NCBI GenBank assembly: GCA_000320545.1
Contig: ADNK01002688.1
Span: forward strand, 51,346-115,345
From: Bigelowiella natans CCMP2755
Lineage: Eukaryota; Protista; Cercozoa
DNA length: 64,000 nt
Reading direction: 5' to 3'
The notes beneath the pieces were generated by a model, which was not told the origin of the DNA, did not search any database, and saw only the letters and a list, made by a program, of their open reading frames with translations. The position numbers and the translations under genes were made by a program. Positions 1 to 12,581 of the stretch are shown piece by piece. Position 1 is the stretch's first letter, and each line of letters begins with the position of its first letter.

Positions 1-221
1 TCTCGCATCTCTCAATGCCCCAGCTATGGTAGCCAAGGTAGAAGGACTAGATATAGACGAATACAAAAAGTCGGCTCGGAGCAAGAACAATTCGAGTACC
101 GAAATCATTAGTGACATAAGGATAAAGTTATCATTTTAGGGAAGAACCTAAGTTTAGCTTCGGAAGAGAATAGTCGGCTTCGAACATTTCTTATGGCCAC
201 GTGGGCTACTGTGGCCGCCAT
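1..221 (-). CDS. 5' end of a gene running off the window; possible mitochondrial presequence
   Basis: ATG at 221 reads MAATVAHVAIRNVRSRLFSSEAKL, which is R/S/A-rich and nearly free of acidic residues. The frame stays open to position 1, with a possible GT-AG intron at ~48-147. Divergent from the SirB gene. Confidence 0.35.
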
Positions 222-491
222 CGCTCACTTTGCTGTTGCAACTGCTCGTACTTGTCCACCACCACTTCCGCCTTAACCTTCTCAGAATAATGTTGTTGTT
301 ATTGTTGTTGTTACCAGATAAAGTAATATAGGATAAATTAGGCATATATTTTCAACCAAATATATTTATAATGACCATCTAGAAGGAAAGTCTCTTTCTT
401 TGCAAGTTCTTTGCATGATTATTTAACGAAATATAATCTATTTTAAAACATAAACAACAACCAGACATCCCAATCGTGCTTGCGAGCGGAA

Positions 492-1735
492 ATGGGGCAG
501 GGGCAGTGCATAACATCAGGGTTTTGCATAGGCCTCTTGGCATTTGCGTGCTTGATCGCCATCATCCCCTCCACAGCCCTCAAAATTTCTCAAAAGTTGT
601 ATTCCCCCTCGTTTTTTTCTTTTTCCTCCTTCTGCACGTACCAAAACAACAGTAAACACATATTTCATGCAAATGCTACTCTGTCCCTTTTCAGGCAATA
701 CTCTCACCGAGCACACGTTGGCTATCCAGCAGTAAGATACGCAACACCAATAGTACCATCGCTGAAGAAATCATGTAGACGGCGCCTATGGACAATTAAG
801 AGTTCATGGATTCCAGCAACTACCCAAACGTTACTACCAAAGCCATCGAGACTGGGATCTCCTTTATCATGGCCGCCTCCTCGAAGTTCTTTGAGAGTGA
901 AAGCATTGTCTTCCAACTACTCGATACAGCAGTTTGACCCAATAGGGATCGTTCTTGTCGATCATGGCTCAAAGAAGAAAGTCGCTACTCATTTGTTCTG
1001 CTTGAACACGAACTTGATGATTCCGGGGCTATACATTTGAACATAAGATATAGTGTAGTGATCAAATTTGTGTAAAACTCGAATGTAACTACTCAAGCCA
1101 CTCATGCGGTGATTTGAACCTCTTGACAGGAATCGAACGATATGCTTCTAAAGTTTGCACAGCTGTATCAAGTGAGCACTAGCAGTAGTTTATCAACAAC
1201 ACCTCTGATAAAGACTCCACGTAACTTTTGTTCATTATTCAGGAAGTTTCCCAAAGAGACATAATCGAAACGGCTCACATGGAAATAGCCCCTCCATCAA
1301 TACCCGAAGCTATCGAGAAATGCATCTCAAAAGGAGCGAAGAGTATTGTTATCGCACCATATTTTCTTTCCAAAGGACGACATGTGCAGGTAATCTTAAT
1401 CGGAAAGGATACAAAATAATGCACTTAAAATAAGTCCGCGATTTCCCATCTCAACATCAACATATTTTCTATTGTGTTCAGATTGACATCCCCGAAATAG
1501 TTGAGGACGCTCGTGCATCTTATCCTGACCTCCCAATTCGCCTTGCGGTATGATATTATTTGATACAGAGAAAAGTTGCAACAAATGCCAATATCATGTA
1601 ATACTAGAATACATACTTACATTTCAATGTGAATTTCCGTCTCACATTATCTCTAAACGAAAGGAGCCTCTCGGAATGGACAAACTGATTGCGCAAGTGA
1701 TAGAGGATCGCGTATCTCAGGCTATAATGAAATAG
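492..1735 (+). CDS. sirB: Sirohydrochlorin ferrochelatase / CbiX-family chelatase with bipartite (signal + transit-like) leader, spliced
   Basis: In-phase GT-AG exons give GIVLVDHGSKKK|ESNDMLLKFAQLYQ|EVSQRDIIETAHMEIAPPSIPEAIEKCISKGAKSIVIAPYFLSKGRHVQ|IDIPEIVEDAR...RLA|EPLGMDKLIAQVIEDRV. These carry the CbiX DHGS, AHME and PYFL..GRH..DIP motifs. A hydrophobic N-terminus is followed by an R/S/P-rich stretch. Confidence 0.9.
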
Positions 1736-1749
1736 TAAACTATGAACGT

Positions 1750-2530
1750 TTCTAGATGTACAGAGCAAGAGAACGCACAAAATGTTGGGCGAGCTTTCAG
1801 CTTTGCAGGAGCGACTTGCACAATCTTGCAAGCTCTAGAGCTCGCGCAAAGTTATGCACAGCCCTCTTTCTCTAGTCTAGTGGTGCTTGCTCGAAGTTTA
1901 TGTATGTAGAGCATTGCGTGTTGTTCTAGTGTTAGCAATACCTAGAGGAACTAGAGAACACGCTAGCACGTTCGCGCACTCTAGCACTCTAGCACTGCTC
2001 TAGTGCTAACTAGCTAGACTGTGGCGTTGTCGGGGACAAACAAATGCGAAATTGCTAGCACAATCTAGCAATGATCTAGTGATGGCTGAGTAGTGAGCTG
2101 CAGTTTAGTAGCGCATTTAACTAGTTAAGCAAGCCTAGAAAACCCCACATTCTAGTATTCTAGCATTTTGTATTTGATCAACTGTCAATACTGTCAAGTG
2201 TAACGCGTCATCGATGTGTGCCGCACTACTATAGTACTAGCACCTAGCGCAGTGAGTTGACACTCATGTTCACCAGTTCAAGTAATTCGACTAAACTAGC
2301 AGAAATTTGCAACAAATTGTTGTTTTCCTATCGTTGAAATGTTTTACGCGCACGAATAAGAACGCCCTAGCGCATACTTCGCGTCAGTTCCTCGATGCGA
2401 TGACATGCATCTTGAGATCTAACCATGCATACGATGTTTCAATGGTCGAAGGCACTGTGGTGATAAGTCTAGATGCGATTACATGGCGTTAACATCAATC
2501 AAACAAAATATCTAAACTAGAACCCGAACA
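1750..2530. other. CTAG-enriched, partly TpA-depleted intergenic island between convergent genes
   Basis: Dense CTAG (e.g. ctagcactctagcactgctctagtgctaactagctag at 1981-2017) and many TGCA/GCGC words. The composition changes right after the sirB stop. Confidence 0.75.
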
Positions 2531-2590
2531 ACATGAAACTGCACGATCACGAGCCTTAAACAACCGAAGATTTATGGGCAAGAATCCAGT

Positions 2591-5447
2591 TCACTGAATG
2601 CTCTCAAGGATGCTTTCTGTCACTGAAATGGCGTCTTTAAACATCTCAGTAATTTTCGCCGTGATCTTGTCTTCAAACTCTTCCAGCTTTTGTCGCGATA
2701 TACACATACAACAGTGTTTTCACATTCACATAAACAATATTACAATTTTCATAAATTTAATAATCAAAAGTACCTTTTCCTTAATGACTTCAGCTTCCGA
2801 GACTTTATTTTTTTTAATCCCCCTTCCACCAGCATATCGGCTATTCCAGGATTAGGGATTACTTTAGCTTTTACATAACTTAAAATTATCATCCGTACTT
2901 TTTGTGCGAAGATTTTCCTGTGGTTGAAGTCTTGGGCTTCCTCAAAACTTTACCACTTACAACTACAGTCGATTTTACGGATCTTGGTCTATTATTGCCT
3001 GTATATTTTGATCCCGTTTGCATTGACTTTGAACTTACTTTCCCTTCAGCAGGTCGACGATGAGATCTTCCATTTTTCCTGGCAGCTGATTTAGGTCTAG
3101 ATTTGTGTGTAGTTGTATTGCATCAGGTAAATACGATAATTGCTGCTACTACTCAAAATACATGCTGAATATCATAGATATTGATTTTCCGAATCCACGT
3201 GGATGCGACTGAAAATATGGCTTACAATGTTTTTGTTATTTTTTTCTTGACTGTGCGTCCTTTTTTGCTTGTAATTGGATTTTTAGAACCCTTATTCTGC
3301 AAATTACAGCTTGTAAACATTCGAATTTAATAACATGAATTAGCAATGTCCAAAACGGATAGTTAAACATTAAAACATAACCTTCTTATTCGAAGCAGTC
3401 GATTTGATAGTTTTCTGATCTGATTGCGTCTTTTGCTTCGACACATTGATTTCAGCTGCCATTTTGGTATTCTTTTCGATCATAATGTGTTTTGATGGAA
3501 TCTGCTTATCTCCATCTATTAAAGTGATATTTCCTACGTCGTGACTTGGTTCAAGCTGTGAGCCCATTTCACCTTCATGGGCCATTCCGTTCCTAACCTA
3601 CAACCTTGCCATCAATTTAATTTTGCTATGGAAATAGGAACAATGTACCTGTTTCTCAACAGGCTCTAAGAAGAGTTCGACACCAGTCCCACGATCATCT
3701 TTTGCTTCAGTATAGGAATCATTTGTCGTTGGTTCTTCGGCAACTGTGGGCAAGATGTCAATTGCTTCAGCTTGTGGTTCTGTTGGTTCTGCATTCATAG
3801 GCTTTTCGACTACAAGAACTTCGGAGAGAGGTTCCGGGTCTGCTTTCGCCTCTTTTTGCTCCTTGGCTGTCTGTACGATATCGCCATACCCTTCAATAAT
3901 GAATGGAGGGGATGGAGGTTGAGGCTGTGGTGGTTCTTCTTCTTCTTCAGCTAGCTTGGCTTCGGATTCTTCCACTGTGGCTTGACCATGATTCAATTGT
4001 AACTTTTGCAAAGAATCTTCAGTGTTAACAAGATCAGTAATCACTTCAAGAGATCTTTGCTTATCCATCTCCAGGTTTTTACTCTGACTGTTATCCACGC
4101 AATTTTGGATGACTTCGAAAGAGTCTTGGTCATCATTCTCTGGTTGTGCAGCTATTTCCGGAGACAGAGATGCTTCCTCATTGATCATATTTCTTTCATA
4201 TTGCGTAGAAACTTCGTTTTCTGCTGTTGATTGAGGGTGAGCCTCAGTTTTGTGCTTTTCTTCGGGGACTTGGTCTGTCTCTTTTTCCAATGAGATGGCT
4301 ATATCGACTTGTTTGTGTTCATTTGATACCCTATCTTCAAGATCTTGACGCTCATCCTCTGAGATAGCAGCACCACTTATACTTTGTTCATTATTTCCAC
4401 CTCCTACACGAATGTTCTCTTCCGGGGATGTCCCAACACCATGCGCAATGTGCTTCTCATTTTGAATTATACCAGGCTCCACATCTATTTTGGAGTCCAC
4501 GTTATCTGCTGGAGAAACTGGCTCAGGAATTATTTCACGTTCTTCCAGAGGGTTCTGATTGTTTCCAGTTTCCGAACTAATGTTCACTTCGGAGGATGTC
4601 GGTGCCCCAACATCACACGCAGTTTCCTTCTCATTTTGAATTACATCTTGTTGCACATCTATTTTGGAGTCCATATTTTCTGATGGAGAAACTTGCTGAG
4701 GAACTGTTTCAAGTCCATTTTGAGTGTTCAGATAAGCTTCGGTGGAGATAGAACCCAGTCTATCACCGTTACTTAAATCTACTTCTGTGGAGGCTCGTGA
4801 GTTAGGATTTACGATATATGGATCAGGATGTTTCTCCTCTGCTTGTAGCCCTTGGGTTGAGTTTTGGTTCTCAATATTGGTATCAGCAGCTACGTAATCG
4901 TCACCGTCATCAGAAACATTAGATTCTTGGTGCGGAATAAATGGTTTATATGTGGCTTCATCTACATTAGGCTGCGGCTCCAACCCATTTGACGATGATT
5001 CGAGCGCGGATTTTTCTATCGCAGGTGAATGGATTTCGTTCTTCAGTGAATCAGAAGACTCTAGTTCTCCTTTTCGTTGGCCTAAATCTGATTCCTGAAC
5101 AACACAAATACAAATAAGTATTACTAAAATTCTCGCCCATGGATAAGTTCAAAAGCCCTCAAAATGCGCTCTTTTTCAAATACCTCTTGTTTTAAGGTAT
5201 CAATTTCCTTTCCATCAACATTTGATTCCTATTGCACGAGTACAAATTTGATCTATGTTGCACATTGTGATGCTTGAATTTGTGAGAATGAACGAAAAAC
5301 CTTATTTTCGTTCGGGCTATCTTCCTGACCATTAATACCCTCTACTTTGCCGCTTTGATCATTTTCAAAGAAACTGTTTAAATTGATTTCACTACTTGCT
5401 GGCTCGGTTGCAACTCCGTTGAAGTCGAGCGAGAACGGATCTTCCAT
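2591..5447 (-). CDS. Large acidic, probably disordered protein with internal ~58-aa duplication and basic/helical C-terminus; function unknown, spliced
   Basis: First exon MEDPFSLDFNG...ENK|gt. It includes the 461-aa E/N/Q-rich ORF at 3598-4983, further exons near 3383-3595 and 2773-3297, and a last exon ...EEFEDKITAKITEMFKDAISVTESILESIQ* (stop at 2591-2593). Confidence 0.7.
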
Positions 5448-6197
5448 GATAAATGAGGGTTTGTGCGTTTGATGTTTGATGGGCTCAGCAGCACAGCACC
5501 ACCTGTTTTATTAATATTCCGTTAGAGCCATCATGGCTTGAGACATAACTTCATTGGATGACGCACAAACTAAATCCTTGCTCAAAGCACAGTTTTTACC
5601 CAACACTTGTGCCTCGATCCAGACGTCAGGATGCGAATAATTTTCAACTTAAATATTGATATCCAAAATCGGCTGTTGTCGCGGTGTGCATCGAAGCTTG
5701 TATTTTTCTAATATTGAATGGATTTTTGCGTTTTGAATAAAATTTGATGAAAACAATTAGATGTCATTTGTGAGTCTTTTGAGTTATAAACTTTACCCAT
5801 ATGTGCCAATTTACATAATATTGTACTCATAATCATACAAATTGTCGTGGATTTTACAATATTTGCAAGGAAATATCTCTTTCTTTATTCTGATTCTTTA
5901 ATAACCCAGGTAGTTAAAATTGGGGGGTGCATTAAATTGGTCAATTAGTTCTCCAACCTCTATGTGTGTTGCGTAGGGGTGACCATCTTCCATTAAGCCC
6001 CCCAACTTTCATCCTCTTTTTATGTAACGCAGTGTAGCGAAACGAGTCACATTTGTTCAATGCAAGGTTTACAAAAATGAAACCATCGTATGCATCATTA
6101 CATTACAAAGTTGTTAAGTCATTTCAATGTCCAATAATTCAATGATCAATGTGTTGTACCACATACCGCAGACGCAATAAAATTAGAAGAATCAACG

Positions 6198-7661
6198 ATG
6201 GGTGAAGCCATTGGAGAGAGTCACGATGAAATAAAAGATAGTCTGCGATCAACAATGCATAGCAAATTAATAGAAGGAAAGGAATGTAATGAAGAAGGAC
6301 AAAAAGAAGATCATGATGCAGCAGAATTTGAGGTCGAGGTGTTGATTGGTACGTTCCACGTCTTAGAATTTAAAGTATCATGCATAGCGGCGATGAATAC
6401 TGAAACCATTTTCAGAATGGGATTTAATTATTCTGTAATAGGTCACCGGAAAACGCTCGTTGGACATGTGGAGATGCTTGTAAAATGGAAAGGATATGTA
6501 TGTTAACCGTTACGCAATAACTGCATTTACAATATGAAATGAGTCCCTTCAATTATAAATTTAGGGAGAAGAGGAAGCAACTTGGTTCGTACTTTGTAAA
6601 TATGAACTCAGCAAGAGCCTTGTATCCTAATTCCCCCTGCCCCAATAACCAATTTTATTTCAAAATCAGTAAATTTTAAATTATCCATAAATTTATTAGG
6701 GAACCAATCGAAAACGTGCACCCTGATCTGCTGGTTGAGTATTTTCTACATAAAATGGAAATGATAAAGCACCAAAAAGGAGGCGTAGCACTCTCAAGAG
6801 ACTCTAAATCCGAAAAAGATTACTCTCGTTTCAGAGCCGGGTAGTATTTAAAAGAGGCTTTTGAAACCGAAAATGAACAAGATGCAATGGAATAAATGTG
6901 TCTCACTGCTCTGTTTGATAAGGTTAAGAAGCATTAGTAGAAAGCTACGACAAACAGAAAAAGTGTGTGAAGATTTAAGAAATCAGAACGAAGATTTGCA
7001 ACGAACTATCAATCAGCTTGTGGATGAAAATGAAGCCATAAAGAAGCAGTCAAAGGGTATGGAGGCTCCATTGTCTATTGTCCATAAGTCTATAATACTG
7101 AAAAAATATTTAGCCTTGGGAAGATCAACATCTTAACTCTTTTCAGAAACATCATCATCCAAAGGTCGGAAACATTCTGCTAAAGAAATTGAGATCTTAA
7201 GAAAGGTTTATTATTTCAAACGTGCCGTAGCATCACATTTTATATTTTATATCCAACTCGTGGTTCATAAAGGAAGTATCTTCTCTTAAGTCGATGTTGC
7301 GGTATAATCGTCAAAAACAAAAGAAACAGGTACTGCGAATACTACTTGAGTAGCTTAACCAAATCCAGGTTTATTTGTTTTTTCCCACTAGATGAGTTTG
7401 AGGAAAAATGAGACCCAAAGGATTCAGGCGAAAGAAAAGAGAATACTTCAAATCATTGAAAAAGCTACAGCAGATTTAAGTAAAGAAAATATGGAAGAAA
7501 ATATTCTGGAGCCCACTCTCCGTACCTCAACATTTGAGGTTTCCCGAAAGAGGAGAAGAAGCACATTCACCAGGCAGGCTTCCAAGAAGTACTGCGATAT
7601 TTTCGGAAGCTACACAAATCTTGGAAATGTTGCACCAATTGAAGACCCGGCATTTCTATAA
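6198..7661 (+). CDS. Chromodomain plus coiled-coil protein, spliced
   Basis: Exons join to EFEVEVLI|GHRKTLVGHVEMLVKWKGY|GEEEATW|EPIENV, a canonical chromodomain with aromatic-cage F/W/Y residues and a 20-nt micro-exon at ~6565-6584. A coiled coil (LRQTEKVCEDLRNQNEDLQRTINQL) and an NLS-like RKRRR follow. Confidence 0.85.
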
Positions 7662-7699
7662 TTCACTATGTCAAGGAGCACTATCGTTACTATCGCAGT

Positions 7700-8741
7700 A
7701 ACTCCATCTAGCCATTGTGCGTACTAGAGAAAGCAGCAGCAGCAAACATCGCACCACATTGCTAGATGCAGTGCGTTCGCGTGCGCTCCTGTGTGCGCGT
7801 ATCAGGCAGCCAGGTGTCTGCGAGCCGGCCACGCAAAGCGATTGTTCTGGATTGGCTTGCTTGCAAGCTTGGCACGTGCCCACACCTAGCTAGCTAGACA
7901 CTGCTTTTTGTCATCGAAATTTTGAGAACGCTGAAAACATCGATCGCCGTTGGAGATCACACGCTGGCATGCACATGCACGCAACGCAACACGCTAGCAC
8001 GGATGTGTGCAACAGACAGTTCTAGAGTTTGTTGTGCACGTTCACGCCACTAGACCAGCAATGTTTCTTGCCGTTTGATGCAAATGCTTTGACAATCCAG
8101 GACATCTGAAAAAATCGACGCGAGGGCTCTTGCTAGCTTGGCCCTCCGCGCGCACTTTGATCGCAGCCAAGCTGTGCAGCAAGTTGCGTCCACACGTGTT
8201 CAAAGCACAGCACGCAAGCGTGCGTGCAGTTGCGTCCGCACGTGTTCGAAGCACAGCACGCAAGCGTGAAAAGCACTCGGGCTAGCGGGGGAAAATGCCG
8301 TGTCCTGTCTGTCAACGATCGTCGTGAGCTAGTGAGGGTCGATCAAACATCGATCACTCCAGCACTCACTTGTGTGAGGAACGTTCAACGTTGAACACAG
8401 CAGTGAGCCCGGTGCGTGCGAACTGTGCGCGGAACGACTCGAGTGAATCACGCGGGAAGTCGAACGAACGAGTCAATGAGTGCTTCCAATTGCAACAGTG
8501 CGTGCTAGCGTGTGCAGCTGAGATTGTTAAAAAAAAGCAGAAGAGGACCGTCGATCAAAAGCTCTGTGTAATTGTCCCTCTGATGATGATGTGTGACTAC
8601 ACTCTGGAGCTGGAAAGTTGCCAAGTTGCCCAACTTGATCACCAACTTTCGTGCACGTGTGCCCCTGATGAAAACCATCACTGGGGCACGACTGTGGCAA
8701 CTCCTAGACTCTGGAACTGCACGTGTGCGCCTTGCTGTGTT

Positions 8742-8776
<35 letters not shown>

Positions 8777-9230
8777 GCACGCGTTGCAGGGCAGCTCGAA
8801 ACAAAGTGGAAGTGCACACTTTCGAAACCAAAACACGACTGAAAGATGACACGCTTCCTCCCACAATCAGACACTTCAAGTGCATGAACGGCACTTCTTT
8901 CCCACCTCTGGAACAATGAACAATGAACTGGGCCCACAATGTCATCGAACGTCAACTCCGCATTGAGCAATGAGAACAATGAGAACTGATGAAAAACCAC
9001 ACTTCCAAAGTGTGACAAGACACTTGCAGTGTGCGAAATGCAGTGCCTCGAACTGGCTTCAGTGAGGACTGAAAACTGTGCCTCGAACCAACTTTAGTGG
9101 GCTAGTGAGAACTAACTAGTGAAACAAAAAGGAATCAAGAATGGCATCATTCTAGCCACTCCTCCATTCCTAGTTTCTTCATGGTTGCAAAATCCACATC
9201 GAATCAGCTAGCTAGTCGTAGTCAATTCCA
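7700..9230. other. TpA-erased island with CTAG retained; probable decayed gene or repeat relic
   Basis: From 7803 to 8526 all 10 TA dinucleotides counted by eye lie in CTAG. Overlapping ORFs are Cys/His-rich and almost Tyr-free. There is a (TG)n tract at ~8736-8777 and a 46-bp tandem duplication at 8182-8268. Confidence 0.85.
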
Positions 9231-9492
9231 TCAATGCAATTCATAGGTGTTGATCAAACAAATGTTCGCCTAATTCATATGGTAGGAAATTGCACGTTCA
9301 GAATGGGCAAAATGAAATCAGAATTTCCAGTCAATATTATTAGAAGTGTGAGATGTTTGTGGGGTAAAAAAGTTGTCTAGTTTTTTCTTGAAATTGCCCT
9401 GATCAAATCGGAGGAGTATCCTCCACCAGGAACTTTCCCAGAATAGAACTCACCCCACCGCTACTGCTCCTTCTCTTCTGCTGTATTTAATT

Positions 9493-10216
9493 ATGAGCCA
9501 GCCAGCTCATGTAATAGTAAATAAAACCATCCCCCTGCTGAATGCAAAGAAGACGGGGAACGGGGACAAAGAGAAAGAGAAAGAGAAGACGAAGGAGAAG
9601 TCTACCAAAAAGTCTCTGGAAAAGAAGAAGAAGAAAAAGGAGGGGGAAAAGCGACCCCCTCCTCCATCAGTTGCTGGATGGTTAAAGAAGAGCAAACGAA
9701 AATGGAAAGTTTTGTCATCATTCCACACCCTCATTGTTCGCGAGGATTCTTCCCAGGTTAGCTCATTTCCCCCCCTTTTTTTGATGTGATGATATGATGC
9801 TTCTTAGCATGTTTATTGATACTGATTCTTCTGATCTTTGTTTCAGATTCTTATGGTTTTAAATTGGAATGAGATGGATAAACTCTTCTTTCCTCAAGTT
9901 ACTCTGAGAGGGTTGGAAGGAGGCCTTCCTGACATGTGGGATATCACACCTAAAAATACAGGTCTGCCTGTCGATAGTTGCGCCTTTACTTCTCTATCAC
10001 GACAGGAGCTGCAGATAATTATAACTTTTCCTATTCTTTCGTATCAAAAGGTCTCAAGTTTGAAAAAGGTCCAGGAGTAGTCGGACGCAACCTAGTATTA
10101 TTAGTGGAGGACCAACAGTATTTAAAACCCTCTGATTTACAGGCTTCAATCCATTCGAACAACTCAAGGTAGTAGTAGCAGCGATAGCAGTTATAGGTGT
10201 ACTATATGGAGAGAAT

Positions 10217-10262
<46 letters not shown>

Positions 10263-10801
10263 CATCGTGAACTACTGCTACTACAACTACTACACACACA
10301 CTTGCACAGAGGTTATAATACGGGGTTCGTCCGAGCATTCAAGCCGCTCATTGTGGACGCAAAGAAGGTAGGGCAGTTGGTTGTACATTGATAGTGTTAG
10401 GAATTGTTATTTTCAAAAAGAGTAGCAAGTATAGCAACTTGTAGCAGCTGCACACCATTGAAATACTCCAATAAAAAAAGTACATGGCCGCCTCATTGTC
10501 ATCAGTATTGCCATGCAGTCATAATCATCATCATTGCTACTATCATTCAGTTAGTTCAACAGATATGTAAACTAGAACTGCCCATGCCAAATAAACTCTT
10601 TTCAAAATTAAATTTAGCTTAATACATATCAGAGAAATAGTTACGAGAATATTGAGATAGGTTGGTTTGTTGATGTTCCTTCTTCTTTTTATTTAGAAGC
10701 AGTACCTGATTGACGTCACCGGTTGGTTGATGTCTTTCTCTACCTATGCACAAAAAGCTATTCGTCAAAGACGAGGAGCATTCGGTACCATTATTTGCAC
10801 A

Positions 10802-10839
<38 letters not shown>

Positions 10840-10847
10840 ATATATCA

Positions 10848-10880
<33 letters not shown>

Positions 10881-12523
10881 TTGGATGATGCAGTTAAACA
10901 AAGAAATTGGAGTTAAGGATGTTCGTCAATAATGTCAACTTCAAAATTAACAACAGGGGGGGGAGGAGAGCAGACGATGCTAAAGGATATCAAGGCTTTT
11001 CCTGAAAACTTTTTCCTTCTGATGCTATGTCAGAAAAGATCTTCAAATCCTCTCAAGTTAGAAATCACTTAAAGCATAAATAAACATAAATTATCTCTTC
11101 GTTTTTACTTCTCCTTATCATCGATAACCGTCACAGATAAGAATAATAATTATTCTCACTTGTTATTCTTTCTGATTCAGGGATTACTCGAACAAGACCG
11201 TGTACTTCACTGTCGCTTTTTGTCGCCTTCCAGACTACCCCATGACCCCAAGGGTATTTATTTATTTATTTATGTATTGGTTCACTAATTCGTATGAAAC
11301 AATTGTTGCAGCACATATACTTCTTTTTCAGCTGAGTAGTAACAATTGTTCCTTTATCACCATTCACTCTTAGTGAGCTTGTGTATGTTATTAATCATCA
11401 ATGCTTAAGTGAATTGCATATTTTTCTTGTGATTGATTTACTCCTTTCGCTCTCCATTATTTATATTATTAACATTTATAATACGATGATGATGCTGATG
11501 ATAATGATGGTATTAACAGGTGGCGGATCGTCGAGTGGGATACTTCACTACTGCGATAACAGTGGGTGGTGAGAAGGTTTGAGAAGATGATTATGATGAT
11601 GATGGTGATGGTGATGATGATCAACGATCGCTGCTGCTGCTACTATGATAAGATTATAATGAGATAAATTTGTATTAATTCGTATTCTTAGAAATAAATC
11701 AACATCATCGCCTTTACGCTTCATCCATCGTCATCATTTTTTCTCACTCTATTTTTTTGTTGATTCATTGGTACTTTTATCATCTTGTATTATTATCTGG
11801 TACTTGCTCTCTAGAGGGTGAGCTTTCGTCAAAGTGTTATCAATAAATGGGACTTAAATAGGAGGAACAACGAAATTGTGTAATACTAACTACTACTAAA
11901 TTCTCACCATTTCTTCCATCTATTAGCTGCTACTATTCTTACGATCTGGAAAGCAGCAATATATTGCTTAGTGAATTCTTGATGTGGTTACTGCTACTAC
12001 TACTACCACTACTACTACTACTACTACTACTAACACAACTACTACGTTCAGATACGTCATTGACCCTTCTGTTCCTAAGTTATTTTGGACAACAATAAAG
12101 AAAGCAGTCACATCATGGAACTTTGCTTTCCATCAAGCAGGGTACTACGTCACCACCACCAGTGGGTAGAGGAGAAGGAGGGCGAGGAGGAGGAGGAGGA
12201 GGAAGGGCACCAACTGCTACTACTACTACTACTACTGCTACCTACTACCGATAATGTCTGATTGCTGCTTCGTAATATTTAACAACAACAACCATTAGTC
12301 AGTCGTCTCCGTTTCAATTAACCCTTTGTGCATTCAACGACAGACTGAGTGAGTGAGCGATGAATATGACATTATTGGTTTAGATATAAAAACGACCCTG
12401 TAAAGTGCTATTCCAAGGTCCCCTCTTGTTATTTTTTTATATTTTTTTTAGTTTTTGGTAAAACGTTTGATGATGACACTGATATCAGCAACGGGTGTAT
12501 TTTTAATGCCTTATAATAACATT

Positions 12524-12581
<58 letters not shown>

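Noticed and set aside
7671-9018. Cys/His-rich ORFs as zinc-finger or metal-binding proteins
   Set aside because: They overlap in many frames, almost lack Tyr and have no motif spacing. They are a by-product of TpA loss; the same applies to 62700-63700.
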